A program made the position numbers and the translations under genes. Shown piece after piece: positions 9,426 to 19,380 of a stretch of 64,000 bases of DNA (within the stretch, counting starts at the first letter, position 1; every line of letters begins with the position of its first letter). The DNA is from Candidatus Spongiisociaceae bacterium (lineage in GTDB: Bacteria; Actinomycetota; Acidimicrobiia; Spongiisociales; Spongiisociaceae), in assembly GCA_965262915.1 (NCBI GenBank), contig OZ253564.1, positions 384,001-448,000 of the forward strand, given 5' to 3'. The notes below the pieces were generated by a model that worked only from the letters and a program-made list of their open reading frames with translations, was not told the DNA's origin and did no database searches.

Positions 9426-9611
9426 CCCGTAGAGCGTACCGCCGGCCGCCACCCTCCAGGCGGATGCCCACCGATCCCGACTGCTCCTGGCCCGACGCCG
9501 ATGACCAGCCACTCCGAGGTGAGCGTCGGGCCTGCCATTTCACCGGTTCTTGGGCACCCTCCTAGGATCGATTCCGCTATTCCACCCGGATCGGGGCAAC
9601 CAGGAACACCG

Positions 9612-10067
9612 ATGAGAACCGTATTCGAGCGCTCAGCCGGGGGGATAGTGCTGACCGCAGACGGGCGGCTGGTACTGATACGAACTACCAACCTCCGGGG
9701 CCGGCCTGTCGTCACCTTGCCGAAGGGCCTGCTGGAGACGGGCGAGACCGCCGTCTCGGCGGCCCGAAGAGAGGTCACAGAGGAGACGGGATTCGACGTG
9801 CGGGCGGTCTCCGATACTCCCGCGGGCTTCGTCGAATACTGGTTCGTGCGCGATGGGGTGCGCGTCTACAAGCGGGTCGACTTCTTTCGCTTCACGGCGA
9901 TCGGCGGGAGTCCCGACCTCCACGACGGAGAGGTCGACGAGGTGCTGGTCGTCGAGGCGGGAGACGCCATCGACATGCTCAGCTACCCGGGCGAGCGGCA
10001 GGTGGTGCGCAAGGCTCTAGGAGGGTGGTGCAGGACCCCCTACACGGCCGGCCGGCCGATGACATAA
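9612..10067 (+). CDS. NUDIX hydrolase; C-terminal ~15 aa are contributed by a MITE
   Basis: Nudix box GLLETGETAVSAARREVTEETG; ATG 9612. Confidence 0.9.
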   Translation: MRTVFERSAGGIVLTADGRLVLIRTTNLRGRPVVTLPKGLLETGETAVSAARREVTEETGFDVRAVSDTPAGFVEYWFVRDGVRVYKRVDFFRFTAIGGSPDLHDGEVDEVLVVEAGDAIDMLSYPGERQVVRKALGGWCRTPYTAGRPMT

Positions 10068-10121
10068 TGCCTGTTCAGAGGAAGGCGGGCCGTTGCTCCC
10101 CACCATCTTGCAGCACCCTTC
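10020..10121. mobile_element. MITE family A copy
   Basis: TA-flanked; ends GGAGGGTGGTGCAGGA / TCTTGCAGCACCCTTC; reverse-complement match to the 34149 and 58198 copies. Confidence 0.8.
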
Positions 10122-10123
10122 TA

Positions 10124-10193
10124 GTGGTCTGCCTGCAAAAACACTTGCCGTGCTCTGCATGCATACCAGGCCGCCATTTCACAGACAGACCAC
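10124..10193. mobile_element. MITE family B short form, abutting the family A copy
   Basis: GTGGTCTGCCTG...CAGACAGACCAC; equals the inverted 1354-1514 element minus its central GCATGC-bounded segment. Confidence 0.75.
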
Positions 10194-10200
10194 AGGCGGT

Positions 10201-10935
10201 ATGAGGGTCGACGGGGATTGGCCCGGGGTCATCACCATCAGGGAGGGCTGGGCGAAAGCGACCGCCCGACCCTGGAACGCGGACCTCCCGTACGGGTACC
10301 TGCGCCTCGAACGCGGCGGGGCCGGATTCCTTCGAGCGGCGACGGGACACGTCCTTGGATACGGCGTCGAGTTGGTGGCGTCCCCTCCCCTGCTGGACAG
10401 CGCCGCCCCGGCCTGGGTGCAGGCGGGGTTCTTCCCCTTCCTCGACCTGCATCTGTACCGGCGCAGCCTCATCGGGGCGATACCGCCCGGCCGGCACGGC
10501 GTGCGGCAGGAACCGCCCGATTTCGACGCCCTCGCCGAGATCGACCGCCGCTCGTTCGGCCCGCTCTGGAGGAGCACTGCCTCGAGCTTGCGAGAGTCGT
10601 ACCGGGCAACCCTCCAGAGGACGGTCCTCGTCACCCGCACCGGCGAGGATCCGGAAGGGTTCGCGATCGTCGGCGCCTCCGGCCTGACCGCCTACCTGCA
10701 GCGCATTGCGGTCTCGCCGGCCCACCAGGGTCGGGGATGGGGCAGCCGTCTGATCGTCGGTGCCCTCCGGTGGGCGGCCCGCCATGGTGCAGCCTCCATA
10801 CTGCTCAACACGCCGCCCGCCAACCGGGCTGCCGCAGCGTTCTACCGATCAGCCGGATTCCATCGGCTTCCGGACCGGCTCCGGGTCCTACGCTACCCCC
10901 GTGATCAGTTCCCGGCCTTCACTGATCCTGTATAG
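10201..10935 (+). CDS. GNAT family N-acetyltransferase (RimI-like C-terminal domain)
   Basis: IAVSPAHQGRGWGSRL acetyl-CoA motif and NxxAxxFYRSAGF; the upstream ORF extension lies within MITEs. Confidence 0.9.
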   Translation: MRVDGDWPGVITIREGWAKATARPWNADLPYGYLRLERGGAGFLRAATGHVLGYGVELVASPPLLDSAAPAWVQAGFFPFLDLHLYRRSLIGAIPPGRHGVRQEPPDFDALAEIDRRSFGPLWRSTASSLRESYRATLQRTVLVTRTGEDPEGFAIVGASGLTAYLQRIAVSPAHQGRGWGSRLIVGALRWAARHGAASILLNTPPANRAAAAFYRSAGFHRLPDRLRVLRYPRDQFPAFTDPV

Positions 10936-11086
10936 CGGCTACTGACCGCTGATCGCCGACCGCTAACCCGTTCATTAAGATCCGGCGTTACTGACTACTG
11001 CCCATTGGCAAAGGCCCTATGCACCCAACCCCGCGGCCGGATCGCCCACCGACCACCAGCCACTGACCACTGACTTACCGGACCCG

Positions 11087-12412
11087 ATGCCGCCTCCGCT
11101 CCCGACCCGATACCACTTGGAGGTCCGCCTCGGGCGCGACGAAGACGTAGAAGAATGGCTCGCCACCGACCTGGAGTTGAGCCGACCGGTTCTGATCCGC
11201 ATCGTGGGACCCGAAGCCTCGGACCGACGGCGCGCGTCCTTCCTGGACGCGGTCCGCCAAGCCTCCCGGGTGAGTCACAACCATGTGGCGGCGGTCTACG
11301 CGGCCGACCAGGCGGAGGGTTCCGCCTACGCGGTAACGGAGTGGACCGGGGGGATCACGCTGGCCCACCGGATCGACGCGGCCAACACCCCGCCCATCGC
11401 GGAGTTCCTGTCGAACACCGCCGGCCTGGCAGACGGCCTGGCCGCACTCCACGAGGAACACGTGATCCACGGCGCCATCGACCCGGGGGCCATCCTGTAC
11501 TCGGGCGCCCACCCTGCCAAGCTGGCCGGATTCGGCAGGTCGAGGCGGACCGGCTCCCGGCGCGAGGACGTGAAGGCTCTGGGCGGTGCGCTGGAGACGG
11601 CCCTGACGGGGCGCCCGGCCGGGATCCTGGCTCCCTCGCAGGTTATAGACGCCCTACCCCCCAGCGTCGACGACGCCCTCCGCCTGGCACAGGAGGCACG
11701 GGTCAGCGCCCGCCGGCTCGCCGACCTGGTCCGCTCGATCCCCTACTCGCCGCCCCTGCGCCGCGCTTCCCGGTGGTCGTGGCGCTGGCTGATACCGGCC
11801 GCCCTGCTGGCCCTCGCTGCGATCGTCTTCGTCTGGCTGGGCAGCCTGCTGGACGCCAGTCCCAGTTCACCCGTGCTTGCGCCCGCCATCCCGGGCCCCA
11901 CTGTCACCCGTCCGGCTAGCACCACGACCACGACCACGACCGCGGCGGCTGCCGGCACCACCGCTCTCGAGGAGGACCCGGTGGAACCCGTGGTGCTGCG
12001 GAACGTGATGGCCTTCGACCCGTTGGGGGACGGCCAGGAGCATTCGGGCCGGGTGGACCACCTCGTCGACGGGGACCCCGGCACGAGTTGGCGGACCGAG
12101 CAGTACTTCGACCCCCTCCCGCTCCTCAAGGGCGGCGTCGGTGTGGCCTTCGAAGTCAGCGGCTCGCCGGCCTTCCTCGATCTGGTGGGCCTCTCGGAGG
12201 GCACGACCTTCCGGATCATGTGGGCGCCCAGCCTCCTGGGAATCGGGGATGAGCGGTGGGACACCATCACAGAGGAGACCGCCGCTACCGCCGACGCCTC
12301 GATCGAGCTTCCCGTCCGCCGGGACGGGGTGTGGCTGCTCTGGCTCACCGACCTACCGCCGGAGAACGATGTCTACCTGGCCCGGCTGGCCGAAGTAAAC
12401 TTCCGTAATTGA
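11087..12412 (+). CDS. Membrane Ser/Thr pseudokinase with extracellular domain (MviN kinase-homology-like)
   Basis: Kinase fold with degenerate motifs (VLIR, IHGAID, AGFG), one TM, Thr-rich linker, C-terminal DPLGD...DGDPGTSWRTE domain; lies upstream of the ECF sigma. Confidence 0.8.
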   Translation: MPPPLPTRYHLEVRLGRDEDVEEWLATDLELSRPVLIRIVGPEASDRRRASFLDAVRQASRVSHNHVAAVYAADQAEGSAYAVTEWTGGITLAHRIDAANTPPIAEFLSNTAGLADGLAALHEEHVIHGAIDPGAILYSGAHPAKLAGFGRSRRTGSRREDVKALGGALETALTGRPAGILAPSQVIDALPPSVDDALRLAQEARVSARRLADLVRSIPYSPPLRRASRWSWRWLIPAALLALAAIVFVWLGSLLDASPSSPVLAPAIPGPTVTRPASTTTTTTTAAAAGTTALEEDPVEPVVLRNVMAFDPLGDGQEHSGRVDHLVDGDPGTSWRTEQYFDPLPLLKGGVGVAFEVSGSPAFLDLVGLSEGTTFRIMWAPSLLGIGDERWDTITEETAATADASIELPVRRDGVWLLWLTDLPPENDVYLARLAEVNFRN

Positions 12413-12999
12413 TAGGACGAAGGAACGTCAGAACAACCGATGACGTGCTACTCGGCCGTTACCTGGCCGGCGACATGCACGCGTTCGGCCTACTCATGGA
12501 GGCCCACGAGAGGCGGGTCTTCGCCGTCAGCCTCCGCATCCTGCGCGACCGGGAGGAGGCGCTCGACGCCACGCAGGAAACCTTCATAACCGTCCTGCGG
12601 AAGGCAGGAGGATTCGAGGGCAGGTCCGCCTTCTCGACCTGGCTGTACCGGATCGCCGTCAACACCTGCTACGACGCGCTGCGCAAGCGAGGTCGCCGCC
12701 CGACCTCGCCTCTCCCGGAGTCGTACGAACCACGGGACACGACGACCAACGGACGGCTGGAATCCGTCGAGCTGCGACCGGCGATCGAGGAGGCCTTGGC
12801 GCGCCTACCGGAGGAGTTCGGGGCCGCGGTGATCCTCTGTGACCTGGAGGACCTCCCGCTCAAGACCGTGGCCGGCATCCTCGAGATTCCCCTGGGCACG
12901 GTCAAATCCCGCGTCTTCCGGGGTCGCCGGATGCTGGCGGCAGAACTCGGGAACCTTTCGGGCGCCTCCGACTATCCGAAGGGTGACGGATATGAGTGA
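12409..12999 (+). CDS. sigM: ECF RNA polymerase sigma factor (SigM-like)
   Basis: DATQETF, FSTWLYRIAVNTCYD, GTVKSRVFRGR; synteny with trxB. Confidence 0.85.
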   Translation: MIGRRNVRTTDDVLLGRYLAGDMHAFGLLMEAHERRVFAVSLRILRDREEALDATQETFITVLRKAGGFEGRSAFSTWLYRIAVNTCYDALRKRGRRPTSPLPESYEPRDTTTNGRLESVELRPAIEEALARLPEEFGAAVILCDLEDLPLKTVAGILEIPLGTVKSRVFRGRRMLAAELGNLSGASDYPKGDGYE

Positions 13000-14020
13000 G
13001 CATCACCCCGACATGGACCAGATCATGGCGCTGGCCGCCGGACACGTCCCTCCCGAAGAAGCAGCTCGCCTGGAGGCCGGACTCGACGCCGATGCCAAGA
13101 GGGAACTGGCTGCCCAGCGGGCCGCTCTGGCGGCGCTGGGACAGCTACCGCGTCCCAACATGTCGGCCCCCGAGCGCAGCCGCCTGCGCGCCGCGATTCG
13201 CGATGAACTCAACCTGGCGCCGGTCCGGTCTCCCGCACCGCCCCCCCGCATACTCCGTCCTCGCAGGGGCTGGTTTACCCGAGCCGTTCCCTCCCTGGTA
13301 GCGGCCGCCTCCCTGGTCGCGGTGATCGGAATCGTGCTGAACCTGGGCGGAGGATCCGACGAGGAGGCCCCCCTCAGCGACTACGAGGCGGCCGCTACTA
13401 CCGCTGCCCCGATGACGGCGGCGGCCGCTCCGGCGACGACCGCCGCCGCTCTCGCGACGCCTGCGACAACCGAGGCCCAGGCCGAAGAGGAGGCTATGTC
13501 ACAAGCAGCGCCCGTCGAAACGGGGGCCAGGACGGGCGACGCGCGCGCGGAAGAGGAGCCAACGGCCGCAGCAACGACCACCGCGGCGGCCACGACCACC
13601 GCTCCGGCGACGACGGCCGCGGCTGCGGGGGAGGCGGAGGCGGAGGCTGCCTTGGACGAGGCGCCGACCCTCCGGTACGCCTTCGTATTCTCCACCGACC
13701 AACCCGAGCAAGCCCTGACATCTGCCTTGACGGCCTACGCCAGCGACGGGCTGGACCCGTTCCCCGTGTCACAGCTACCCGAGCGAGCCGCCCGGGCGGG
13801 CCTGGTGTGCTGGGAGAACACGGCCGAAGCGACAGACCCGGATGCCGAGGTCTACTTCATGGAACGCGGGTTGATAGACGGGGTCGAGGGCGAGGCCTAC
13901 GGTATCGCGGTGCGGAGCGACGGCGACGACGAGGACGCTGATCTCGAGGAAGCGGATCCCGGCACCTTGTATCTCTTCGTCCATCCCGACTGCAGCCGGG
14001 TCCGGTTCTCCCTCCCGTGA
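12992..14020 (+). CDS. Putative transmembrane anti-sigma factor
   Basis: Overlaps the sigma stop; N-terminal ASD-like helices, one TM, Ala/Thr-rich linker. Confidence 0.7.
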   Translation: MSEHHPDMDQIMALAAGHVPPEEAARLEAGLDADAKRELAAQRAALAALGQLPRPNMSAPERSRLRAAIRDELNLAPVRSPAPPPRILRPRRGWFTRAVPSLVAAASLVAVIGIVLNLGGGSDEEAPLSDYEAAATTAAPMTAAAAPATTAAALATPATTEAQAEEEAMSQAAPVETGARTGDARAEEEPTAAATTTAAATTTAPATTAAAAGEAEAEAALDEAPTLRYAFVFSTDQPEQALTSALTAYASDGLDPFPVSQLPERAARAGLVCWENTAEATDPDAEVYFMERGLIDGVEGEAYGIAVRSDGDDEDADLEEADPGTLYLFVHPDCSRVRFSLP

Positions 14021-14062
14021 ACCGACCCCGGTGGACCGGCGGCGCCGGGCTAACCTGAGCCC

Positions 14063-14356
14063 GTGATGGAGAGCCAGGCCGCTCGTTTCGCCGACCTCGT
14101 CGAGGGAATCGCCGCCAAGGCCCGGGCGATGAGCGTCGACCGGTTGGCCCGGGCCATCACCCTGACAGCTCTCGGCCTCGGAGCGATCCTTCTGGTCCTG
14201 GTGGCGCTGGTACTCGCCTGCGTGGGCCTCTTTCGCCTGCTGGCCATCGGAGTGGGCGCCACCGCCGCGTACGCGATATTCGGGGGATTGTTCCTGGCCG
14301 CCGGATGGTTGTCCTGGAGGAAGCGCAGACACGTAGCCGAGGAGCCGAATGGCTGA
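14063..14356 (+). CDS. Small membrane protein (2 TM) upstream of trxB
   Basis: Two hydrophobic segments; overlaps the trxB start. Confidence 0.7.
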   Translation: MMESQAARFADLVEGIAAKARAMSVDRLARAITLTALGLGAILLVLVALVLACVGLFRLLAIGVGATAAYAIFGGLFLAAGWLSWRKRRHVAEEPNG

Positions 14357-15290
14357 GAACGTAATAATCATCGGGTCGGGGCCGGCCGGCCTCACCGCGG
14401 CCCTCTATACGGCGCGCGCCGACCTGGCACCCCTCGTGTTCGAAGGTATCCAGGCGGGTGGCCAACTGATGATCACCACCGACGTCGAGAACTACCCGGG
14501 ATTCCCGGACGGCATCATGGGGCCCGAACTCATGGACCATTTCCGCAAGCAGGCCGAGCGTTTCGGGGCCCGGCTCCTGAGCCACGACGTGACGTCGGTC
14601 GACCTCTCACAGCGGCCCTTCGAGGTAGGCGTGGGCGCCGACCGCTACCGGGCCCACGCCCTCATCATCGCCACGGGGGCCAGCGCACGCTTCCTCGGCA
14701 TACCCGGCGAGGACCGCCTCGTCGGCCGCGGGGTGTCCACCTGCGCCACCTGCGACGGGTTCTTCTTCAGGGGGAAGGAGATCGTGGTCGTGGGGGGCGG
14801 CGACTCGGCCATGGAGGAATCCCTTTTCCTCTCCAAGTTCGCCTCGAAGGTCACGATCGTCCACCGCCGGGACCAGTTCCGGGCCTCCCGCATAATGGCC
14901 AACCGAGCCCTTGCCCATGAGAAGATCGAGGTCATGTGGAACACCACCGCCGAAGAGGTCCTCGGTGAGGACAAGGTGACGGGGGTGATGTTGCGGGATG
15001 TGATGTCGGGCGAGACCCGCCGGCACCCCATTGACGGGTTTTTTCTGGCGATAGGGCACGATCCGAACACCGAGATCTTCAAAGGACGGATCGACCTCGA
15101 CGAGCAGGGATACATGCTGGTTCCGGGACCGGGGACAATGACCAGCATCGACGGTGTCTTCGCTTCCGGTGATGTGGCCGACAAGGTGTACCGTCAGGCG
15201 GTGACCGCGGCCGGCACCGGATGCGCGGCCGCCATCGACGCCGAGCGCTGGCTGGAATCCCACCACGATCCCCAGACGGTCGGCGGATGA
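14349..15290 (+). CDS. trxB: Thioredoxin-disulfide reductase
   Basis: [26 protein letters not shown]. Confidence 0.97.
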   Translation: MAENVIIIGSGPAGLTAALYTARADLAPLVFEGIQAGGQLMITTDVENYPGFPDGIMGPELMDHFRKQAERFGARLLSHDVTSVDLSQRPFEVGVGADRYRAHALIIATGASARFLGIPGEDRLVGRGVSTCATCDGFFFRGKEIVVVGGGDSAMEESLFLSKFASKVTIVHRRDQFRASRIMANRALAHEKIEVMWNTTAEEVLGEDKVTGVMLRDVMSGETRRHPIDGFFLAIGHDPNTEIFKGRIDLDEQGYMLVPGPGTMTSIDGVFASGDVADKVYRQAVTAAGTGCAAAIDAERWLESHHDPQTVGG

Positions 15291-15395
15291 GCCGGCCGGG
15301 GCCACGAAGCGGACCAGAAGCCTACATACATCGTTGTTGTACAGCACACACTACGCTAACGCTGTGACAACTACCGGATATCCAAGGAGGAACAC

Positions 15396-15719
15396 ATGGC
15401 GGATCTCTTGACCCTCACCGACGCGGACTTTGCGGGCGCGGTGGCCGGCGACAAGCCGGTACTGGTCGATTTCTGGGCGGTCTGGTGCGGACCGTGCAGG
15501 CTCGTTGCGCCGCTGCTGGCGGAGATCGCCGCGGAACACGGCGACAAGATCACCATCGCCAAGCTCAACATCGACGAGAACCCGAACACGCCCTTCGCCT
15601 ACGACGTGATGAGCATCCCCACGATGGTGGTGTTCCAGGACGGGGTCGAGAAGAAGCGCATAGTCGGCGCCCGGCCCAAGGCCGCGATGGTGGCGGAACT
15701 CGCGGAGTGGATCGGCTGA
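15396..15719 (+). CDS. trxA: Thioredoxin
   Basis: WCGPC; SD AAGGAGG. Confidence 0.97.
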   Translation: MADLLTLTDADFAGAVAGDKPVLVDFWAVWCGPCRLVAPLLAEIAAEHGDKITIAKLNIDENPNTPFAYDVMSIPTMVVFQDGVEKKRIVGARPKAAMVAELAEWIG

Positions 15720-15771
15720 GCGACCGGCCACTCCGCTGTGCCACACGCGGGGAGGCTCGCCCGCCCCGACA

Positions 15772-16623
15772 TCAGGAGCCGAAGAACCGCCGGTAGATCT
15801 CTTCGAGTTGGCCCACGTCGGCGAACCCGAGCACCACCTGTCCCCTGTTGTTCTGGAACCGGATCCGCACCTTCGTACCCAGTTGCTCGGCCAAGCGGCG
15901 TTCGAGTTCGATGATGGCCGCCGGGCGGGACTCCGGCCGTTTGGAGCGCTCCCTCCCCCCGTCCGCACCCTTACCGACCCTGACCGCCTCCTCAAGCCGG
16001 CGTACCGACCAACCTTCCGCTACGGCGCGCTCGGCCAGATGCTCGGCCAGCGCCCGATCCTCCAGACCGAGCAAGGCCCGGGCATGGCCGGCCGATAGAT
16101 CACCCGCCGCCAGGGCAGCCTGGATGGGCGGGCTCAGGTTCAGCAGACGGATGGTGTTCGAGACCGCTGCCCGGCTGCGGCCCACCCGCTCGCCGATCTC
16201 AGCGTGCGTCAATCCGAAATCCGCCTCAAGCTGCTGGAAGGCGGCGGCCTCCTCGAGCGAACTCAGGTCCTCGCGCTGGAGGTTCTCTATGAGCGCCTCC
16301 GTGAGCGAGCCGCCCTCGTCGGTGTCCCGGATCAGAGCCGGGATCTCGGCCAAACCTACCTCCTGCGCGGCGCGCCACCGCCGCTCGCCGGCGATGAGCA
16401 CGTAGTCGAACCCGTCCGGACGTACCACGATCGGCTGCAATACGCCCACCTCCCGGATCGATGCAGTGAGCGACTCCAGCGCCCCGGCGTCGAAAGCCTT
16501 GCGGGGTTGGTTCGGGCTGGGACGGATCCTGGTCACGGAGATGTTCTCCAGGTTGCTGTTCCTGCCGGCAGGGATGAGGGCTTCCAGGCCCTTGCCCAGT
16601 CCGGATCGTCGTGCTGCCACCAT
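15772..16623 (-). CDS. parB: Chromosome partitioning protein ParB
   Basis: GLGKGLEALI, QPR, AGERRWRA, ENLQREDL, HTH. Confidence 0.97.
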   Translation of the reverse strand: MVAARRSGLGKGLEALIPAGRNSNLENISVTRIRPSPNQPRKAFDAGALESLTASIREVGVLQPIVVRPDGFDYVLIAGERRWRAAQEVGLAEIPALIRDTDEGGSLTEALIENLQREDLSSLEEAAAFQQLEADFGLTHAEIGERVGRSRAAVSNTIRLLNLSPPIQAALAAGDLSAGHARALLGLEDRALAEHLAERAVAEGWSVRRLEEAVRVGKGADGGRERSKRPESRPAAIIELERRLAEQLGTKVRIRFQNNRGQVVLGFADVGQLEEIYRRFFGS

Positions 16624-17406
16624 CTACTCCTCCGCTCGATGCCGCCGGCGGAACTCCTTCGCCGCATACCGGTAAGCGATCGCCCCCGGGCTCATCCGGG
16701 CGTATACCTCGATCGGCTCGCCGTACGAGGGCGCCTCCGACAGCCGTATCGATCTCGGTATGACCGTCCTGTAGGCCGTCTCACCGAAGTATTCCCGGAC
16801 CTGGGCGGCAACATCGCTCGCCAGCCGTGTCCGGCCATCGAACATCGTGAGCAGTACCCCACCAATGCATAGGCGGGGATTCAAACTGTTACGTACCAGA
16901 GCGATGTTTTGCATCAGTTGGGTGAGGCCTTCGAGGGCGTAATACTCGCACTGGACCGGAATCAGTACCTCGTCCGCTGCTGCCAGGGCGTTGACGGTCA
17001 GCAGGCCGAGGCTCGGGGGACAGTCGACGAGAACGATGTCGTATGAACGGCTCACCTCGCCCAGAGCTGCCGCCAGACGCAGCTCGCGGCTCAGGACCGA
17101 CACCAATTCGAGCTCGGCTCCGGCCAGATCTATGTTGGCGGGCGCTATGAACAGGTTGTCGACGCCGGTCGAGGTCACGACATCGAGGATCGGCATCCCC
17201 CCGACCACCACGTCGTAGATCGACTTCTCGATCTCGAAAACCGCTATACCCAACCCCGCGCTGGCATTGGCCTGCGGGTCGAGGTCGATCAGCAGTACAC
17301 GCTCCCCCTCGATCGCCAGGGCCGCCCCAAGGTTGATCGCCGAAGTGGTCTTACCCACGCCGCCCTTCTGGTTGGCAACGCTGACTACAACTGAGCGGGA
17401 TGACAC
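16624..17406 (-). CDS. parA: Chromosome partitioning ATPase ParA/Soj
   Basis: NQKGGVGKTT, DLDPQAN, DCPPSLG; GTG 17406 with upstream GGAGG. Confidence 0.96.
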   Translation of the reverse strand: MSSRSVVVSVANQKGGVGKTTSAINLGAALAIEGERVLLIDLDPQANASAGLGIAVFEIEKSIYDVVVGGMPILDVVTSTGVDNLFIAPANIDLAGAELELVSVLSRELRLAAALGEVSRSYDIVLVDCPPSLGLLTVNALAAADEVLIPVQCEYYALEGLTQLMQNIALVRNSLNPRLCIGGVLLTMFDGRTRLASDVAAQVREYFGETAYRTVIPRSIRLSEAPSYGEPIEVYARMSPGAIAYRYAAKEFRRRHRAEE

Positions 17407-17504
17407 TGCTCGTACCCCTCCGAACCGAGTATGACAGTGCCCCATGATACCGAGAGGAGGAGCGAGAACAACGATCCTCGATGTGCCGGGCCTTCACCTG
17501 CCAG

Positions 17505-17542
17505 TAGTGGGTTGAGGTTTCACGTGAAACCTCAACCCACTA
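17505..17542. promoter_or_regulatory. parS: parS centromere site (GTTTCACGTGAAAC, 17517-17530) inside a 38-bp perfect palindrome
   Basis: Exact actinobacterial parS core just upstream of parA. Confidence 0.9.
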
Positions 17543-17652
17543 TCAGGGGTCGGCAGTTGCCCGGTCCCCCCGGAAGGCCGCGGCCGGCGCATGCTCATCG
17601 TGATGTCAGGGTTTCGTTGGCGGCTCGGTTCCGGACGGCAGCCGAGCGACCC

Positions 17653-18540
17653 CTACTCCTGAGAGATCACCACGGATCGCCGGGGCTCCGCTCCCTCCGA
17701 GTATGACCGCACCCCGTCAACCGCTGCCACCGCGTCGTGGACGACCTTCCGGTCCGCGGCGTTCATCGGCTCGAGCATTATCTCGCCGCCCTCGTCCAAG
17801 ACCTGGGAGGCAAGCCGGCCCGCGTATATGGCGAGGGCCTTCCGGCGCCTCTGCCCATAGCCGGCGATATCCAGCCTGAGCCGGCAGTTCCTGGCCGTCT
17901 TGCGCTGGACCACCGTCTTGGTCAACTCGTGGATCGCCTGCATGACCGTCGCCTTCGCCCCTATCAACGCCTCCGTCTGCTCGCCGAGCACATCCGCGTG
18001 CAGGATCCGTCCGTCGAACCGGGTCTCCACCCGGCCCTCGAGCCCGAACTCCGCAAGCAGCCCACTGAGAAAATCCTTCACTACCGCGGCTTGCTCGTCT
18101 CCCAGGACGCGCGCCGCCAGATCATCACCAGCCACCGTTCGACCCTCTCTTTCCGCCACTTGACCACCGGTGGGCTTCCGCGTGCCACCGGAGGACTTGG
18201 AGCCCTTGGTCGCCCTACTCGATCGCCGACCACGAGCCTCCTTCTGCTTGGCCGCGGTCGCGACCCCCGATCGTTGCTTCTTTGATGCTTCTACCGGCCG
18301 CGATCGGGCTTGCCGGGAAGATTTCCTCTTGCGTCCGCCCCGAGATCGCTTCCCGCGGCGCTTCCCGCTCAGCTTCACGCGTACGATCGCATCCTGTCGA
18401 CCGATTCCCAGGAAGCCCCTCTGAGGCTCCCGGAGGACCGTGATCTCTGCGCGAGCCTTGTCCTCGATACCGAGTTCCTCAAGTGCGGCCTTCTCGGCCA
18501 CCTCGACTGATATCCCTCTGACTTCGACCCACTCGACCAT
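17653..18540 (-). CDS. jag: Jag/EloR/KhpB RNA-binding protein (Jag_N-KH-R3H)
   Basis: GFLGIG Jag_N; LIG KH; MNAADRKVVH R3H. Confidence 0.93.
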   Translation of the reverse strand: MVEWVEVRGISVEVAEKAALEELGIEDKARAEITVLREPQRGFLGIGRQDAIVRVKLSGKRRGKRSRGGRKRKSSRQARSRPVEASKKQRSGVATAAKQKEARGRRSSRATKGSKSSGGTRKPTGGQVAEREGRTVAGDDLAARVLGDEQAAVVKDFLSGLLAEFGLEGRVETRFDGRILHADVLGEQTEALIGAKATVMQAIHELTKTVVQRKTARNCRLRLDIAGYGQRRRKALAIYAGRLASQVLDEGGEIMLEPMNAADRKVVHDAVAAVDGVRSYSEGAEPRRSVVISQE

Positions 18541-18543
18541 GCT

Positions 18544-19380
18544 CTACCTTCTCCTCCTCCGGCTGCGCTTCTTACTTGAGCCCTGCGGTTTGGACGGCTT
18601 CTTCCCATCATCCGGCGGCTGCGCCGCCGTCTTCCCTCCGGTCGGGTTGCCCGGCCGTCCGTCGATCTTGAAGATCAGCAGCTGCTGTGAAGTGCGGAAC
18701 ACGTTGCTGGTGGCGAAATACAGGTTCAGGCCCGATGGCCAGACGTAGGAGATCGCCCCGAACATCAGCGGCAGGATCTTGGTGACCCGCTGTATAGTTT
18801 CCGCCTGCGGACTGCTGCTTTGCGGGTTGCCTGGGGGGGTCAGCAACTTCTGCTGCAGGAACCCGGTTGCTACTACGAAGCCGACCAACAGCAGGTACGG
18901 GATTGTGGCCGTCGAAAAGAGGCCGTCTGTACCCACTACGTCGGACGGCGCCCGATTCAGATCCATCGTCAGGAACCGCAGGGTGCCCTCCAAGGCCTGC
19001 TCCGAGAGTTTCGATCCCGCGGGCAGGCTGTTGACCGGGTCCCGGAGAACCCTGAAGAGTGCGAACCAGATGGGCATCTGTACCAGCAGCGGCATGAAGC
19101 AACCGAACGGACTGACGCCACGCTCGCGGTACAGCGCCATCACCCCCTGGTTCATCGCCTCCTGATCGCCCTTGTGCTCCCGGCGTATCCGCTCCATTTC
19201 GGGCTGGAGTTCCTGCATGGCGCGGGTCGAACGAACCTGCTTCAACGTCAGCGGGAACACGAGCAGGTTCACGACGATCGTCAGCAGAATTATAGCTACA
19301 CCATAATTCGGTACCACATCGTAGAAGAACGATAATATCCCTCCCAGAAGGGAGAGTAGCCCGTTCCAAAGTTGGCTCAC
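18544..19380 (-). CDS. yidC: Membrane protein insertase YidC
   Basis: YGVAIILLT...PL...MQELQP...[17 protein letters not shown]; GTG start overlaps the yidD stop. Confidence 0.95.
   Translation of the reverse strand: MSQLWNGLLSLLGGILSFFYDVVPNYGVAIILLTIVVNLLVFPLTLKQVRSTRAMQELQPEMERIRREHKGDQEAMNQGVMALYRERGVSPFGCFMPLLVQMPIWFALFRVLRDPVNSLPAGSKLSEQALEGTLRFLTMDLNRAPSDVVGTDGLFSTATIPYLLLVGFVVATGFLQQKLLTPPGNPQSSSPQAETIQRVTKILPLMFGAISYVWPSGLNLYFATSNVFRTSQQLLIFKIDGRPGNPTGGKTAAQPPDDGKKPSKPQGSSKKRSRRRRR

Noticed and set aside
8883-9611. N-terminal extension of the NUDIX ORF
   Set aside because: It overlaps the HDAC gene on the opposite strand; the real start is most likely ATG 9612.
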